Shown here: in pieces, positions 53,114-64,000 of the stretch | Position numbering within the stretch: the stretch's first letter is position 1 | Layout: every line of letters starts with the position of its first letter | Assembly (NCBI RefSeq): GCF_964355755.1 | Contig: NC_092670.1 | Coordinates: forward strand, 8,794,201-8,858,200 | DNA from: Antedon mediterranea | Lineage: Eukaryota; Animalia; Echinodermata | DNA length: 64,000 nt | Reading direction: 5' to 3' | Program-made: the position numbers and the translations under genes | The notes under the pieces: model-generated | Databases searched by the model: none | The model's input: the letters and a program-made list of their open reading frames with translations, nothing else | What the model was told of the DNA's origin: nothing

Positions 53114-55431
53114 CACCGTTATCGACGGCTTTGTAGTAAACGACGATGCAACCAACGTAATAATCCTTGGAAATTTACACAAAATTAACCATTAAAACCT
53201 ACATTCACGAGCCCATTTCATTCACCGTTAATTCTACATTGGTGTTGGATGACAGTGTTAGTATTACCTTCAACCCTTACAAATAAATTTATAGGAAAAA
53301 AAGATGATTTGAATGCCTACCACAATTTCTCACATCTGTTTAGAAGGCCTATTCCTATGCTAGCAATAAAATCAGAAATTGTTAGACGTCAGTCCAGTCG
53401 TATTTTTAGAACTTACAATAATAATGTATTAGACGAAAATAATAACCCTCTGGATTGCAGACTAAACGAATGGGTGTGGACTATGGTACTGTATTATATA
53501 GTGTTACATGTTGCTTTTCTAACTGGAGTTCTCATGTTTTACATAAATAATAATTAAAATATATATTATCTTTCAAAAAATAGTTTATTTTCGTATGTCC
53601 TAATGTTGTTACAAACTTAATTAAAACGTTAAATTATTGAATGAATCCTGTAAGAAAATAAATAAATAATGATCTTTTCTGTTTTCATCATTACGGTGAC
53701 TGAATTAATCTAAATTCAGAATTATTTAATGTGTTTCTCGTTCTATTGAAACATCCTCTAAAATTATAAGTGTAATATAAGTAAGCTGACCACCGGGCAA
53801 TGGAAAGGGTTCGGGAACAGACAGCAACAAGTGCGCGCGTATTCCAAAATTGAATGATCAAAAAATAAGGGCCCTGGCCCTGATTTGTCCTTGTTTTTCT
53901 TTCATTTCTCTCGAACCGCATTATGGCCTTCTATTTTGTTGTTTGAATTGTGTGTTTCTAGGCACTGAGTTTAGCGTTATCAAAGTTAATGATTTTTTAT
54001 AGTTTTTTTTTATCCCTGGCACCGAGAGACGGGACGTATGGATTTATTCATTCCATTTGGTTCATATTTTTGGTTGGATGATGATAACTTAAATCGATCA
54101 CACACTCCTGTTTGTGTACTCCACTTGACGTGAACAGACATGACGGGTTTAAATTGTATAATATTATTGTAATATTGTATAATAAACCACATCCCGTGAA
54201 TGTTCTGTGAACTTATCTTACAGGTTTGCGCGAAACACTTTCAACCACTACGCGAGTTGCATGTCACTCCATGGCGGCGTCACTAATAACGAGATTGTTA
54301 TTCCAGAGGGAATAGCCAGGGGGAGGAGAGAGATATGTATGACGTTTCATTATTATTTTTTTAATATCATCTTACTTTAATAATAATATTAATAGTTTAA
54401 TGGTTTTAAATTTGTATAGCGCATAATACAAATAGACCGGTTACTGTCGACTCTCTTAATTACCTCTCTTCACAATCTAGTCCCATGCTTCTTCTGGTTG
54501 GCCACATTCATGGAGTATGGGATATTACAGAACAAATTCACAGAATAGAATAATACGCATTGATTGTTTTACCTTCAATTATGACTCAGAGTTCTGTTGT
54601 ATGTTAATTTCGAATAATACCATGATTCTGCAATTCTCTGTGCCTGAGGTCTTTCGTGATAGTACAAAGTTTAATTAAACTTAAATGTTATTTCGGCCTC
54701 CACTCATACAAATCTCTAGTTATATATTATATTAAGCTAATTTAATTTAATTATTCCGTTTGTATTCTTCTTTTCTGATATTTGGCCAAATATCAAACAA
54801 TGAAATAGTAGGCCTATATTTTAATTAGGTCTATAGAACAACCTGTTGTACATGGTGAATCAATTTCTGAGAATTACATTGAAAAACAAGTACGTGACAA
54901 GAAGAAGTAAAATAAATCTTTATTTAAATATCATTGTATGAGAAATAGAATTGTGATTAGTGTTCGGAAAGTCTTGTGTGACCGTGTTCACCAGCACCCT
55001 ATTTACACTTTTCTAGCAATGATTCTAGCAAGTTTTTGATCAATATGCATCGACGTTGGTTAAACCATTTAAGGGAAATAATCTCACTTCTCGCGGATTG
55101 GTGAACATTTTTGGTATCAGACAGAAATGGGACAGAGGAGAGGGGGGAGCTCGCAAATTTATTCAAATAGAAAAGCTACTCGTGATCAAGGATTATGGTA
55201 AAACTGTCATATTTGCATCATTTCTCTGCTGATAGAAGCTTGGTTACCACTAGGACAAAAACTTAAACACGTACGCGTTACGTAATTTGACCAATCACGA
55301 CGCAACGGATGACCATTCATGATTCATTGCGTCGTGATTGGTCAAATTACTTCACCAATCATAAGCGACAGTCCGGACGATCCATTTGCGGGTGAAAACT
55401 GCATTTTTTGGTGAACCCCATCACACAGGAA

Positions 55432-55750
55432 ATCCCGGATGCGATTTTTTTTTTCGTAGGCTACATAAGTCCGGGGACCCCTTATATGAAAGATAGCCGA
55501 ACTACCTCCTAAATATAACTAAACTCAAGCCTCTAAAGAATCTGTCTCTAACTCTAGTAAAAAGTTGTTGTTCATGGGATTCGAACACCATACATCGACA
55601 TGCAAATTCCATAGTCTAATCCACTCGACTAAACAGCTCATTTCTTACGTCACATCTTATTGATAAGGCTAATGAATATTCATGTTTATTTTGTGACGTT
55701 TCACGAGGGGTCCCCAACTTATATACGAAAAGAAATATCGCATCCCGGAT
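55432..55750. mobile_element. MITE with about 50-bp imperfect TIRs and an internal tRNA-like A/B module
   Basis: GGATGCGAT...GGGGACCCC / GGGGTCCCC...ATCGCATCC. Confidence 0.65.
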
Positions 55751-57049
55751 GAAGGTTTAATGATTCAGATTAATACCTTCAATTTGAACGTACAAAATAA
55801 CGAAACCCTCACATTCATGTAATGATGAATATTTATTTTGTGAATTATTATTGTCAGTACAACATAATCATAATTTTCACCATATTTTTTCCCCTGAAAT
55901 TAGATATTTTAAAAATTCTTTTCATAACCAAGAAATATCAGATGGCAGGACAGGGTGCAGTACTACATGTTACACTTAATACGAATAAATTTATAATTTT
56001 TAAATAACCGGTTATCAATAAAAACATAGTCAATACACAATCGTAGTAGGCCTATAGCTAATAGAATAAATTGGTTTCCGAATATACTGTAGAATATAAT
56101 AAACACTAGCACAATTCCAAAATGTATGAACAAATTAACTCAATATAAAAAGTAAAAGCAAATTGTTACAAATTCAGAAACAGATTTGCTTGTTTGAGTT
56201 AAATATTTTGTTTTAAACCACACAGCTAACATAATGCCATATTGTACTGATATCATAACCTAGGCCCTAGTATCAAATAGTTTTAGCTTATTCAGAATTT
56301 TACAAACATAATTTAGATACAATCGGATACATGCTCACATAGATTTCATGCAAATTAAAGGTATTGGCCCTTATGCTGGTTCAGGGCACACCATGTCAAG
56401 GTTCAAAAACTTATGCTATACATTATTCATGCTGTTCTGGTGTACTGTATATATGTACACAATGAAATGAAAAAATGGCTTAAAAGGGGAGAAGGGTATA
56501 AGATTTTACCTTGAACATACTCTCGGTGGCAGTGACATTGCCCTGGAATATAAAGGGCTTAACACTGACTATACAGTAATAGTTGGTGATTGCAGGTATA
56601 CCATCCAACAATTAGGACACTTACTGCACATGAGGCGTATGATAGACGGCCTAGGTGTGACAATGCGTAGCCCAACCAACGGCTAAGATCAAACAATACA
56701 CAGAAAAAACATGAAGCCTTAATTGAAAAGTCTGGTTTAAAAAGTTTCCATGTATGAATTATCCCAGTAAAGACATCATACTCCCCCTCTAGAATTTGAA
56801 TAATTATTACAACACAACATTTCAAATTATATATTACCTACATCCTACAATAATTCCCAATATCATAATTTATAAATCCTTTCTTATATAATTAATAATA
56901 ACATATTCTTTCATGCTATTTTGTTACGTACTTAAGTACTACTAGAAATAGAATAGGGACAGTTTAGATGGCATTGACTCTTAGTAAAAAGTTATTAATA
57001 ATAGCATCAATGATGAGGAAAGTTAACATTGACATTTTCCTATTTCCAA

Positions 57050-57480
57050 GTTAAGTAAAACTGAACATACACTATAGACAATATTATTACAATTAAGTGA
57101 AATTTCACATAGATCAAGTGAAATTCATTTTAACTGCACTTAACTGCAACTAACATCATTGTGGTGAAATTGTCAGGTAAAACTGAACATACACTATAGA
57201 GAAATTGAACATAGACTAATAAGTGAAATTTGATCTTTAATAAGATGTGGTGAAATTGAACTCGTGTAAAGTTTTACATATACTAGAGACAGAAATTCAT
57301 CACACTTAAGTAAAATTTCACTATAAAGTTTCATTCAATTTTAACTTAAATGAAATTGACCGTCATTGTGGTGAAATTTACTGGACCTCGGTAAATTTGA
57401 ACATACCCAATTTAAATGAGCATATAAGTGAAATTCAGTATACACTTAAGAGGAAAAACATACGCGACATTGAAATTCAG
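57050..57480. repeat. Degenerate GTGAAATT / ACTGAACATACACTATAGA repeat block just 3' of the Clc stop
   Basis: Recurrent motifs in both orientations. Confidence 0.6.
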
Positions 57481-57548
57481 ATTTTAGGTTAGAATATTCT
57501 ATAAACAGGTATTAAAGGTATACAAACAGAATACAAAGACGACATGAG

Positions 57549-57720
57549 TTAACGTGTAAGCCCAGTTTGCTTGAGATGCAAGAGTAACGATCGCATCCGT
57601 GTCACATCTTTGGTCGTTTTACTGTTTTTAGGGTTAAAATCGCAGAGCCTAGCAACACGTTCCCACTCTTGTCCTGGAATGTCCTCATCTCTTTCTTGAA
57701 TAAATGCTTCTTCACTTGCT
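57549..57720 (-). CDS. Clc: Clathrin light chain exon 5 (ASEEAFIQERDEDIPGQEWERVARLCDFNPK...LTR-stop)
   Basis: Conserved C-terminus; TAA at 57551-57549. Confidence 0.97.
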
Positions 57721-60700
57721 CTAAAAGAATCAAATAGAAATAAGTTTTTTGAAAAATGATTTGGGTAATCTATTTATGATCTTGTATTGATAAGTGGCTA
57801 CAGACGTCAATTGATTGCCATATTGTTCATTGAACATGTGTAAAATTGATTTATGTTTTGTTAATTTATACTTTTATTTGTATGTGGCTATGATGACAGT
57901 GACGGACTTGTAAGTCTTAACGATTCTCAGATGAAAGTAATGATTTGTATGTTACAATTTCTAGTCATTTGTTCTTTTTTAAACCTTATTATTACGTTTC
58001 ATTGTCGTTGTTGATTATGTTTCTGTCTTTTCTACAATAGAAGGAAATAAATGTTTATTTTGATTTGACACAACTTTTTTTTTAATGTTTTCGTAATTGT
58101 ACCTATGTTGAATTGAATGTATGTAAAAACAAGGTTTATTATTGAAACAAAACTAAATTGCTGGAAAAACGGAAGCAGTGATGTGGGTTTGATTGGTCTT
58201 GTCAAATTTATCAATTGTATTTAGGTTTAAGGTTAATATGTTTCATGGTTTTTCACAAGCACCTTGAGCACTTTAGTGGATATGTGCGCTGTATAAATAT
58301 TATTATTATTATTAGAACAATGGCATTTCTGAATATTTGAGAATAATAGCATTTGCAATCCTTTTTAGAAATGTTTTCATTTCATTTGTTTCAAGCCATT
58401 GAATTTCATCTGCTGCCCTCTATCTATACTTTGCTCAGACTGACGTGTCATGAAGCCATTCTTTCCAAAGGAAATCGACTAAAATAAAATGTCCTCATTG
58501 CAAAGCTATAGGCACGGTTGTGTATAACAACAGTAAAGACATTCTCAACACCCTCGAGTGCACCACATCTCCACTATCGCACTCTGACTTGGGCATAATT
58601 TGTGCAACATTCTTTGCTAATTATTAGCATAGTATTTCCCTTAATGATCTTTATGATTACTTTCCAAGTCAAGTATCTGAAAATGTATGTATTGCTTTTA
58701 TAAAAAAATAAAGAAAATGCATTAATATTTCCACCATACCTGTTGCTAGTTTTCATCTTTTCTTGTTGTTCAGATCTTTTGTTATACCAATCATTCAGTT
58801 CTTTTTTAGCTGTTTCTCTCCAGTCTTCTTTTAGTTCATCAGCCTCTTCATCTGAAAGATTAATAGCAGCTAAATTGTTAACCAAAATACTTTTTTTGAT
58901 ACAGTATAACCCAGGCAATCTAACAACAGGATTCTGAGCTCAAAGGGTTTATCTTTGGCTGCAACAACACGATCAGTTCCACACCCGTTAATTTTGGGAA
59001 AGTGCATTCCTCTTCAGTGTCAATATATTACCAAACACACAAGCTGTATCATGTCTAGCATTAATGAACATCATGCAGTATTACATCTTCTGACAGCAAC
59101 CTTCATCCCATATACTATAATGTAGTATAGTGAGACATTTAGGAGTAAGGTACTATGTTAAGGGCCTCTTGTAGTCAGCAGACACAATACTGCAGGATGT
59201 TTACTGTCGCTAGACATGATACCATAGTCGGCTAAATATGTTTGGAGCTTGTCACAAATCCTGCATGTTGTTTATAAAGATATATTAGCGTTTTGTTCGA
59301 TTACCTTTCTTGGCAAGCAATTCTTCTTGTTCTACTCGCCATTTCTTAATCTTTTCTGGTTCATTGGCTAACCGGTCTACTGATGAGATGGCTGAATACG
59401 CATCACTTGGCCCATTTTCTTGAGGAGCCTGAAATCACAGAATAAAAGAATAGATTTTTTGTTTAAAATTGCATCACTAAATCATCTCAAATCATGAAAT
59501 CACTGTATCTATTCAAATAAATGTTGATACAATCTGTACACTTGAACATTTTTAGCTTTCTTGATAACCCTTAAAAGACATCCCTATTTTTGATAATGGA
59601 TGCGATTGTAAATAGTAAGATGAAAGCACTGTACGAGTATACTGTAAGTGTGAGCAGTTCAACCTTACATACAGTACCTTCCTTAATTCTGTTTTCTAAT
59701 GGATAGATCACAAAGCTCAAACTTGTTTGACAAAAAAATGTGGTGTGCCCAAATACTGTATGGTAGTGATATACCCAAATATTGTAGTGATAGGACATCA
59801 TGTCCATTATGGGCACATGAAATTTTCTTGTCACATAAAGTTTGACAGAGCCTAACAAAAACGTTTAAATATCTGAAACTACTATGTACATTTAGATTAG
59901 AATTGATCTTAAAACTTGTACACGATGTTATGCTCAGACTGACGTGTCATGAAGCTATAATTCCAAAAAGGAATAAGCTAAAATATAATGTCCTCATTGC
60001 AAAATCATGTGTACAGCGAGATTATTAAAATCATTTTGTTTTAATGTAAATAGCGTACCTCTCCACCTACTTCACCGCCACCAAGAATATCAGCCTCAGC
60101 ACTACCAAAGTCTGCATCTAAAACGGAAAGAGAATGTTTTGTAAGCCAATTTTAATCTGCCACAAGTTACTTAAAAATTAATAATTCCTTAATGGATGGA
60201 CAGTCTTTCTGCTGTAAAATTACTAAATGATTATACAACTAGCCTAGGCCTACATCGATTGCCTAAAATCAAAAGAAAAAAAAAATTAAAACATAGTGTA
60301 TAATTAATAGTACTTATTAGCATATTTGCACTGGGACTGCACCACCACGATAAAACGGTCGTGTCGTCACACATGCTTAGTCAGTATTGTTTTGTAGGCC
60401 AATCTTTTAGTTTTAAGAACATTTTACTGTACAAATTTTGTTCATAAAAGACTGTCTGTCTTGCGCTACCCAGGCACCCACAGCATAATTGATTGTCATC
60501 AATCAAAGAAGATGTCTTCCGTTTCATGGTAAAAAGGCGTATTTATTGGGAGTTAAATTATTAATATTAATAATTATTATAATTTTCTATAATTTAATAT
60601 AAATAAAATAAACGATTCATTGAAGCTTGAAGAATATCCAGCTTGATTAGGTCTATATAGCCTAGGGCTGTTGTTAAAACATTAATAGGCTAGTCGGCAA

Positions 60701-61030
60701 TGGGCTAGCTACTGCAGCCTACAGTACTCCTCGTAGGCCTCGGTGTCTTACCAACATGCAATGCATGCAATGTCAAACACGGAGGCCGGCCCGCGCCCCG
60801 GCTGCAGTCCGGGTCTTGTGACTCACCTCGCCCACCACCGTCATTTTATACTTACTTCCTTGGTCAACTGCTTGAGCGTCTGTGGTTGGACCGCCGCTGA
60901 AATTCTCGTCTTCAATACCTGCTAATTCATCTTGCTCTCTAGCTAAAAATGCTGCGGCTGGGTCCTCTTCCGTGGCTACAGGAGCTGAATTTGGGTTGAT
61001 TCCACCATCCACATCAAGAAAGTCGGCCAT
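57549..61030 (-). CDS. Clc: Clathrin light chain, spliced gene span (5 exons, 642 nt, 213 aa)
   Basis: EEDPAAAFLAREQDELAGIED consensus segment, EPEKIKKWR, WERVARLCDFNPK, DVTRMRSLLLHLKQ; phases consistent. Confidence 0.97.
58428..58506 (-). ncRNA. Candidate intronic box C/D snoRNA, copy A (Clc intron 4)
   Basis: gcuuugc-a-AUGAGGA...gu-CUGA-gcaaagu: terminal stem, C/D kink-turn pairing, same strand as host. Confidence 0.7.
58740..58851 (-). CDS. Clc: Clathrin light chain exon 4 (DEEADELKEDWRETAKKELNDWYNKRSEQQEKMKTSN)
   Basis: Heavy-chain-binding helix; phase 1-2. Confidence 0.96.
59305..59428 (-). CDS. Clc: Clathrin light chain exon 3 (APQENGPSDAYSAISSVDRLANEPEKIKKWRVEQEELLAKK)
   Basis: NGPxDxYxAI and EPExIxKWR motifs; phase 0-1. 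Confidence 0.96.
59701..59854. mobile_element. MITE family B copy (degenerate), in Clc intron 2
   Basis: Same core as 13908-14067. Confidence 0.7.
59927..60006 (-). ncRNA. Candidate intronic box C/D snoRNA, copy B (Clc intron 2)
   Basis: Paralogue of copy A with the same boxes and guide-like segment; extended external stem UGUACAC(AU)GAU/AUCGUGUACA. Confidence 0.7.
60059..60117 (-). CDS. Clc: Clathrin light chain exon 2 (NADFGSAEADILGGGEVGGE)
   Basis: Phase 1-0; needed to restore the frame between exons 1 and 3. Confidence 0.88.
60856..61030 (-). CDS. Clc: Clathrin light chain exon 1
   Basis: MADFLDV...EEDPAAAFLAREQ; |GTAAGT donor, phase 1. Confidence 0.96.
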
Positions 61031-61228
61031 TTTGTATCGTGTGTATGATGGGCGTTCGGAAAGTTTCGGTTATTTTCGTAAGTCATGCATCATCAATCGG
61101 CTCTGCATAATTCATATGGCGCCACCAACCTCCAAAATTAGAACACTTTTTTTTAATGGTGGTTTTTTACAGATTTTTTATCGCGACGTCGTAGAGAATT
61201 TCCCAGCTGGTACGGTTGTGTTGTAATA
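61031..61228. promoter_or_regulatory. Compact bidirectional promoter and 5'UTRs shared by Clc and ELOA
   Basis: 198 bp between divergent ATGs; CpG-containing motifs ATGGCG (YY1-like), TCGCGA, GACGTC and CGGAA. Confidence 0.8.
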
Positions 61229-61306
61229 ATGACTGAAATTATTGAAACAGTTCGTCATTTACAACAAAAACTCGATTCATTATTCTCTAGTGAAGAATTT
61301 GATAAA
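61229..61306 (+). CDS. ELOA: Elongin A exon 1 (MTEIIETVRHLQQKLDSLFSSEEFDK)
   Basis: ATG, |GTAAGT donor in phase 0; first helix of a TFIIS N-terminal-like domain. Confidence 0.8.
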
Positions 61307-61854
61307 GTAAGTAGCTCCACGAGGCCTTTAGCTAGACTCGGAAACTGACGCTAGGCCTAGGCCCACCAGAATAATAGTTAGTAGTAGTTAGTTCTCACTG
61401 TCTGTGAGACGAAAATCAGGAACGTTTCGGGCAACGGACGTTTCGTACCACTTTTTAGGCCGAAATTTCATCTCGCTTGTCCTTGAGCCGACCAAATGAC
61501 AGTTAATGCAATTTATTGTATTATTTATCACCAAGTTTAAAATATGTTTTAACTTAACATTGAGGCTAGCTAGGCCTACTAGAACTATTTATTTCATTTC
61601 AAAGGTAATTTTTACTAAAAATTATAAATATAAATAATGCAGTTTCACCATGATGTTTGTTTATTAAATTATTGGTTCGAAAAAGCCACCAACCAAGTAT
61701 ACTTGGCTTGTTTGAATGCTGAGCCTTACATTGAATTTGGTAATCCAAATAGAACTTTTAAAATCTAATTAATTGCGACACTGTTTGGATTCATTTGATT
61801 TGATAATTAAAAGAAGGGCACACCCAGAGAGTGCAAAACTCTGCCTAGGCTATA

Positions 61855-62666
61855 CGGATTAGGCCAAGTTGAGCCGCCGACAAGTTGAGCCGCCGCCAGA
61901 AAAACGTTATTTTCTATGGAACGCCAAATGCTAACTTTCGCCGGTGCTCGTTCAATTTATGTTAGGGATAACGATGTACATTCAAACGTTTATCATGGTT
62001 TTTAGTATATATATATTATTAAATATTATAATTAAAGAAATAATTATGAAAATCTGGCTTGTAGATTCCAAAATACAGTGATGTTTTTAGCCAAAAATGA
62101 TGTAAACATGTTGCCCCTCATTCAGTCGGCAGTTGTTTGTATGAACTAGGCTAGGCCTAGGCCTACTCCATTTTTCGGTAAAATAATTACATAAAATCAC
62201 GTTTTTTTAGTAAAATATTTTGTGTATTAACATTTTAAAATTCAATAAAATATGATATTAAAAGATTAGTAAATAAAAAACAATATGTATTTAACCTCAT
62301 TCGAAAAAATATTAATACTCTATTAGTATTAATTAGTCCTGAGAGACAACGTGACTTTACGTGGTAGGCCTCCTACACGCGAGAAAAATTATGAGTGCAC
62401 TGAATTCTTTCCTCGAAAGATTAAAAACAATTAAATTATTAAATATTAGTTATTACTACTTTCCTTTGCTTGCTGTGTTAATTGTAATAGGCCTATGTAA
62501 TTATATATTATTTATTTTCATGACAAAATAAACCAAGACCATGAACTTGTACTCTAGGACAACATCCTAATCACTACGCGAAATGTCGTAAAAGACGCAT
62601 GCACTGGGCGTTTCATAGAAATCACCGGCGGCTCAACTTGTCGGCGGCCCAACCGGTCATATCCCG
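61855..62666. mobile_element. Non-autonomous DNA transposon in ELOA intron 1
   Basis: TIRs built of AAGTTGAGCCGCCG repeats; GCTATA duplicated on both flanks. Confidence 0.8.
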
Positions 62667-62784
62667 GCTATACATACAGTATGATGAAAACTTTTATACA
62701 TTCATTTTTTATTTATTCATCAAATTGATAATTGATTAGCAATATATGTAATGAGTTTATATATAATGGGGTTTTTTTTTGCAG

Positions 62785-62841
62785 ATAAATGCTGTGTTAC
62801 AAAAATTAGATCAATTGCCCATTTCCATTGAAGTTTTACAG
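62785..62841 (+). CDS. ELOA: Elongin A exon 2 (INAVLQKLDQLPISIEVLQ)
   Basis: 57-nt exon resembling the recalled vertebrate ELOA segment LKKLSTLPITVDILA; phase 0-0. Confidence 0.85.
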
Positions 62842-63098
62842 GTTTGTTTATTGCAATTTGTCATTAATATAGATTATAAATTTACACTGCAGTTGAACAG
62901 ACCATTAAACTCCCCCCAAAACTCCTCCAATTGTCTTTCGATATATCTCCCTGATGGAGTATTTCGTGTCATCTCCTGCTCTTCTGCTAAAATGCAATTT
63001 CTCCCAATTTTTTGGAATAAAAAAATATCCTGATATTGTAAATGTATACAGAATTATAATCTTTAGGCTCTATAGAATAGAAAGTCCATGATGTTTAA

Positions 63099-63732
63099 AG
63101 ACCCCTTCCCTGCAATTTTGGACGTTTTTTGGAAAATAATACATATATATCACTTTAAAAACATTAAACCATGTCATTCCTTGTCTTAAATGTACGTTTT
63201 ATGGTAAATTATGATAAAAAGTGAGAAACAATGCACTACCTACTGTAAGTAGCTCGCGGCGATCGACCTCTCGTGGACGGTCTTAGGCCTAGCCTAGCTA
63301 GGCTTAGTTTTGTAGGCCTCTAGCTGGTAAACATCGGTAACGTACGAACATCGTACGCGAGCTATATACCTAGCCTGACGTTGTATAGTTGCTGCATTAA
63401 TTGTCTTTCTATTTTTGCCAGACTCCGTTGATACAAATTGGGGAAAACCCGGTATTTTCGCTGAAAAGTTAGGAGTCTTCCATTTGTTTTGGCCTCACGA
63501 TCGATCGAAAAGTGGGCGAATTACAGGTGAAAAACAAAAATATCAATCCGCGCGCAATGCATTTTGGGATTTATAGCGGGCCGCTATAATTATTAGAATC
63601 GACTTATTTTTCACATTTTTAACCGTTTAAAGACGAAAAAAGTTATCGCAATAGGACCATATAGTATTATTTTTACATTAAATATAGTTTTGTGATGTTA
63701 AATTAGATCTAAAAAACGTAGGGAATGGGGCT
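63099..63732. mobile_element. Kolobok-like non-autonomous element in ELOA intron 2
   Basis: TTAA|AGACCCCTTCCCT...AGGGAATGGGGCT|TTAA. Confidence 0.65.
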
Positions 63733-63903
63733 TTAATACATGATTTTTATTAGCTTTCTATGTGGTTTGGACATTCTTTCATAAAACCTCTCGATATTTC
63801 AAGTTTACAGGTCCGAATTTAACCTTCCGTAAGTGTACACCCACTGGGGCTGAAGTTTCATTTAGCAAAACACTACTTCACTGCATTGTTTTTATAATTT
63901 TAG

Positions 63904-64000
63904 GGAACTGGAATTGGAAAAGCAGTCAACACATACAGAAAGCATGAGGGCGGTGTATCAGAACACGCTAGGAGTCTTGTCAAGAAATGGAAAGCACTTG
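63904..64000 (+). CDS. ELOA: Elongin A exon 3, runs off window (GTGIGKAVNTYRKHEGGVSEHARSLVKKWKAL)
   Basis: TGIGKxVNxxRKH...ARxLVxxWK motif of the TFIIS-N (LW) domain. Closest to Elongin A; another TFIIS-N protein is not excluded. Confidence 0.85.

Noticed and set aside
58441-58456. Plus-strand CGTGTCAT complementary to U6 snRNA (AUGACACG)
   Set aside because: Only 8 nt, and on the strand opposite the C/D boxes and the host gene; probably coincidence.
57721-58739. Vertebrate-type neuronal insert exon of clathrin light chain
   Set aside because: No convincing phase 2-2 microexon found by eye.

Overview
AT-rich animal genomic DNA (intron-rich; the repeat families suggest an invertebrate, probably marine), not prokaryotic. 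Three protein-coding genes were reconstructed by hand with GT-AG junctions and consistent reading phases. (1) Diacylglycerol kinase theta (DGKQ) on the minus strand, 53113 to 9840: 23 core exons, about 930 aa, with 3 C1 domains, 2 RA-like domains, an RRM-like domain and the DAGK catalytic and accessory domains. A cluster of frame-preserving cassette/micro-exons lies in its 12-kb C1c-RA linker interval. (2) Clathrin light chain on the minus strand, 61030 to 57549: 5 exons, 213 aa. (3) The 5' end of Elongin A on the plus strand, from 61229, head-to-head with the clathrin light chain gene (198 bp between ATGs). The most notable unannotated signal is a pair of paralogous box C/D snoRNA-like RNAs in clathrin light chain introns 2 and 4, with a variant C box (AUGAGGA), a shared invariant guide-like segment and no target I can recognise. 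Introns also hold a complete non-autonomous Helitron carrying a tRNA-like A/B-box module, many MITEs, tRNA-derived SINEs, a Rex1/Babar-like LINE 3' end and several minisatellites. Most ORFs in the supplied track are spurious or are partial exons. All calls are from manual reading; no searches were run.
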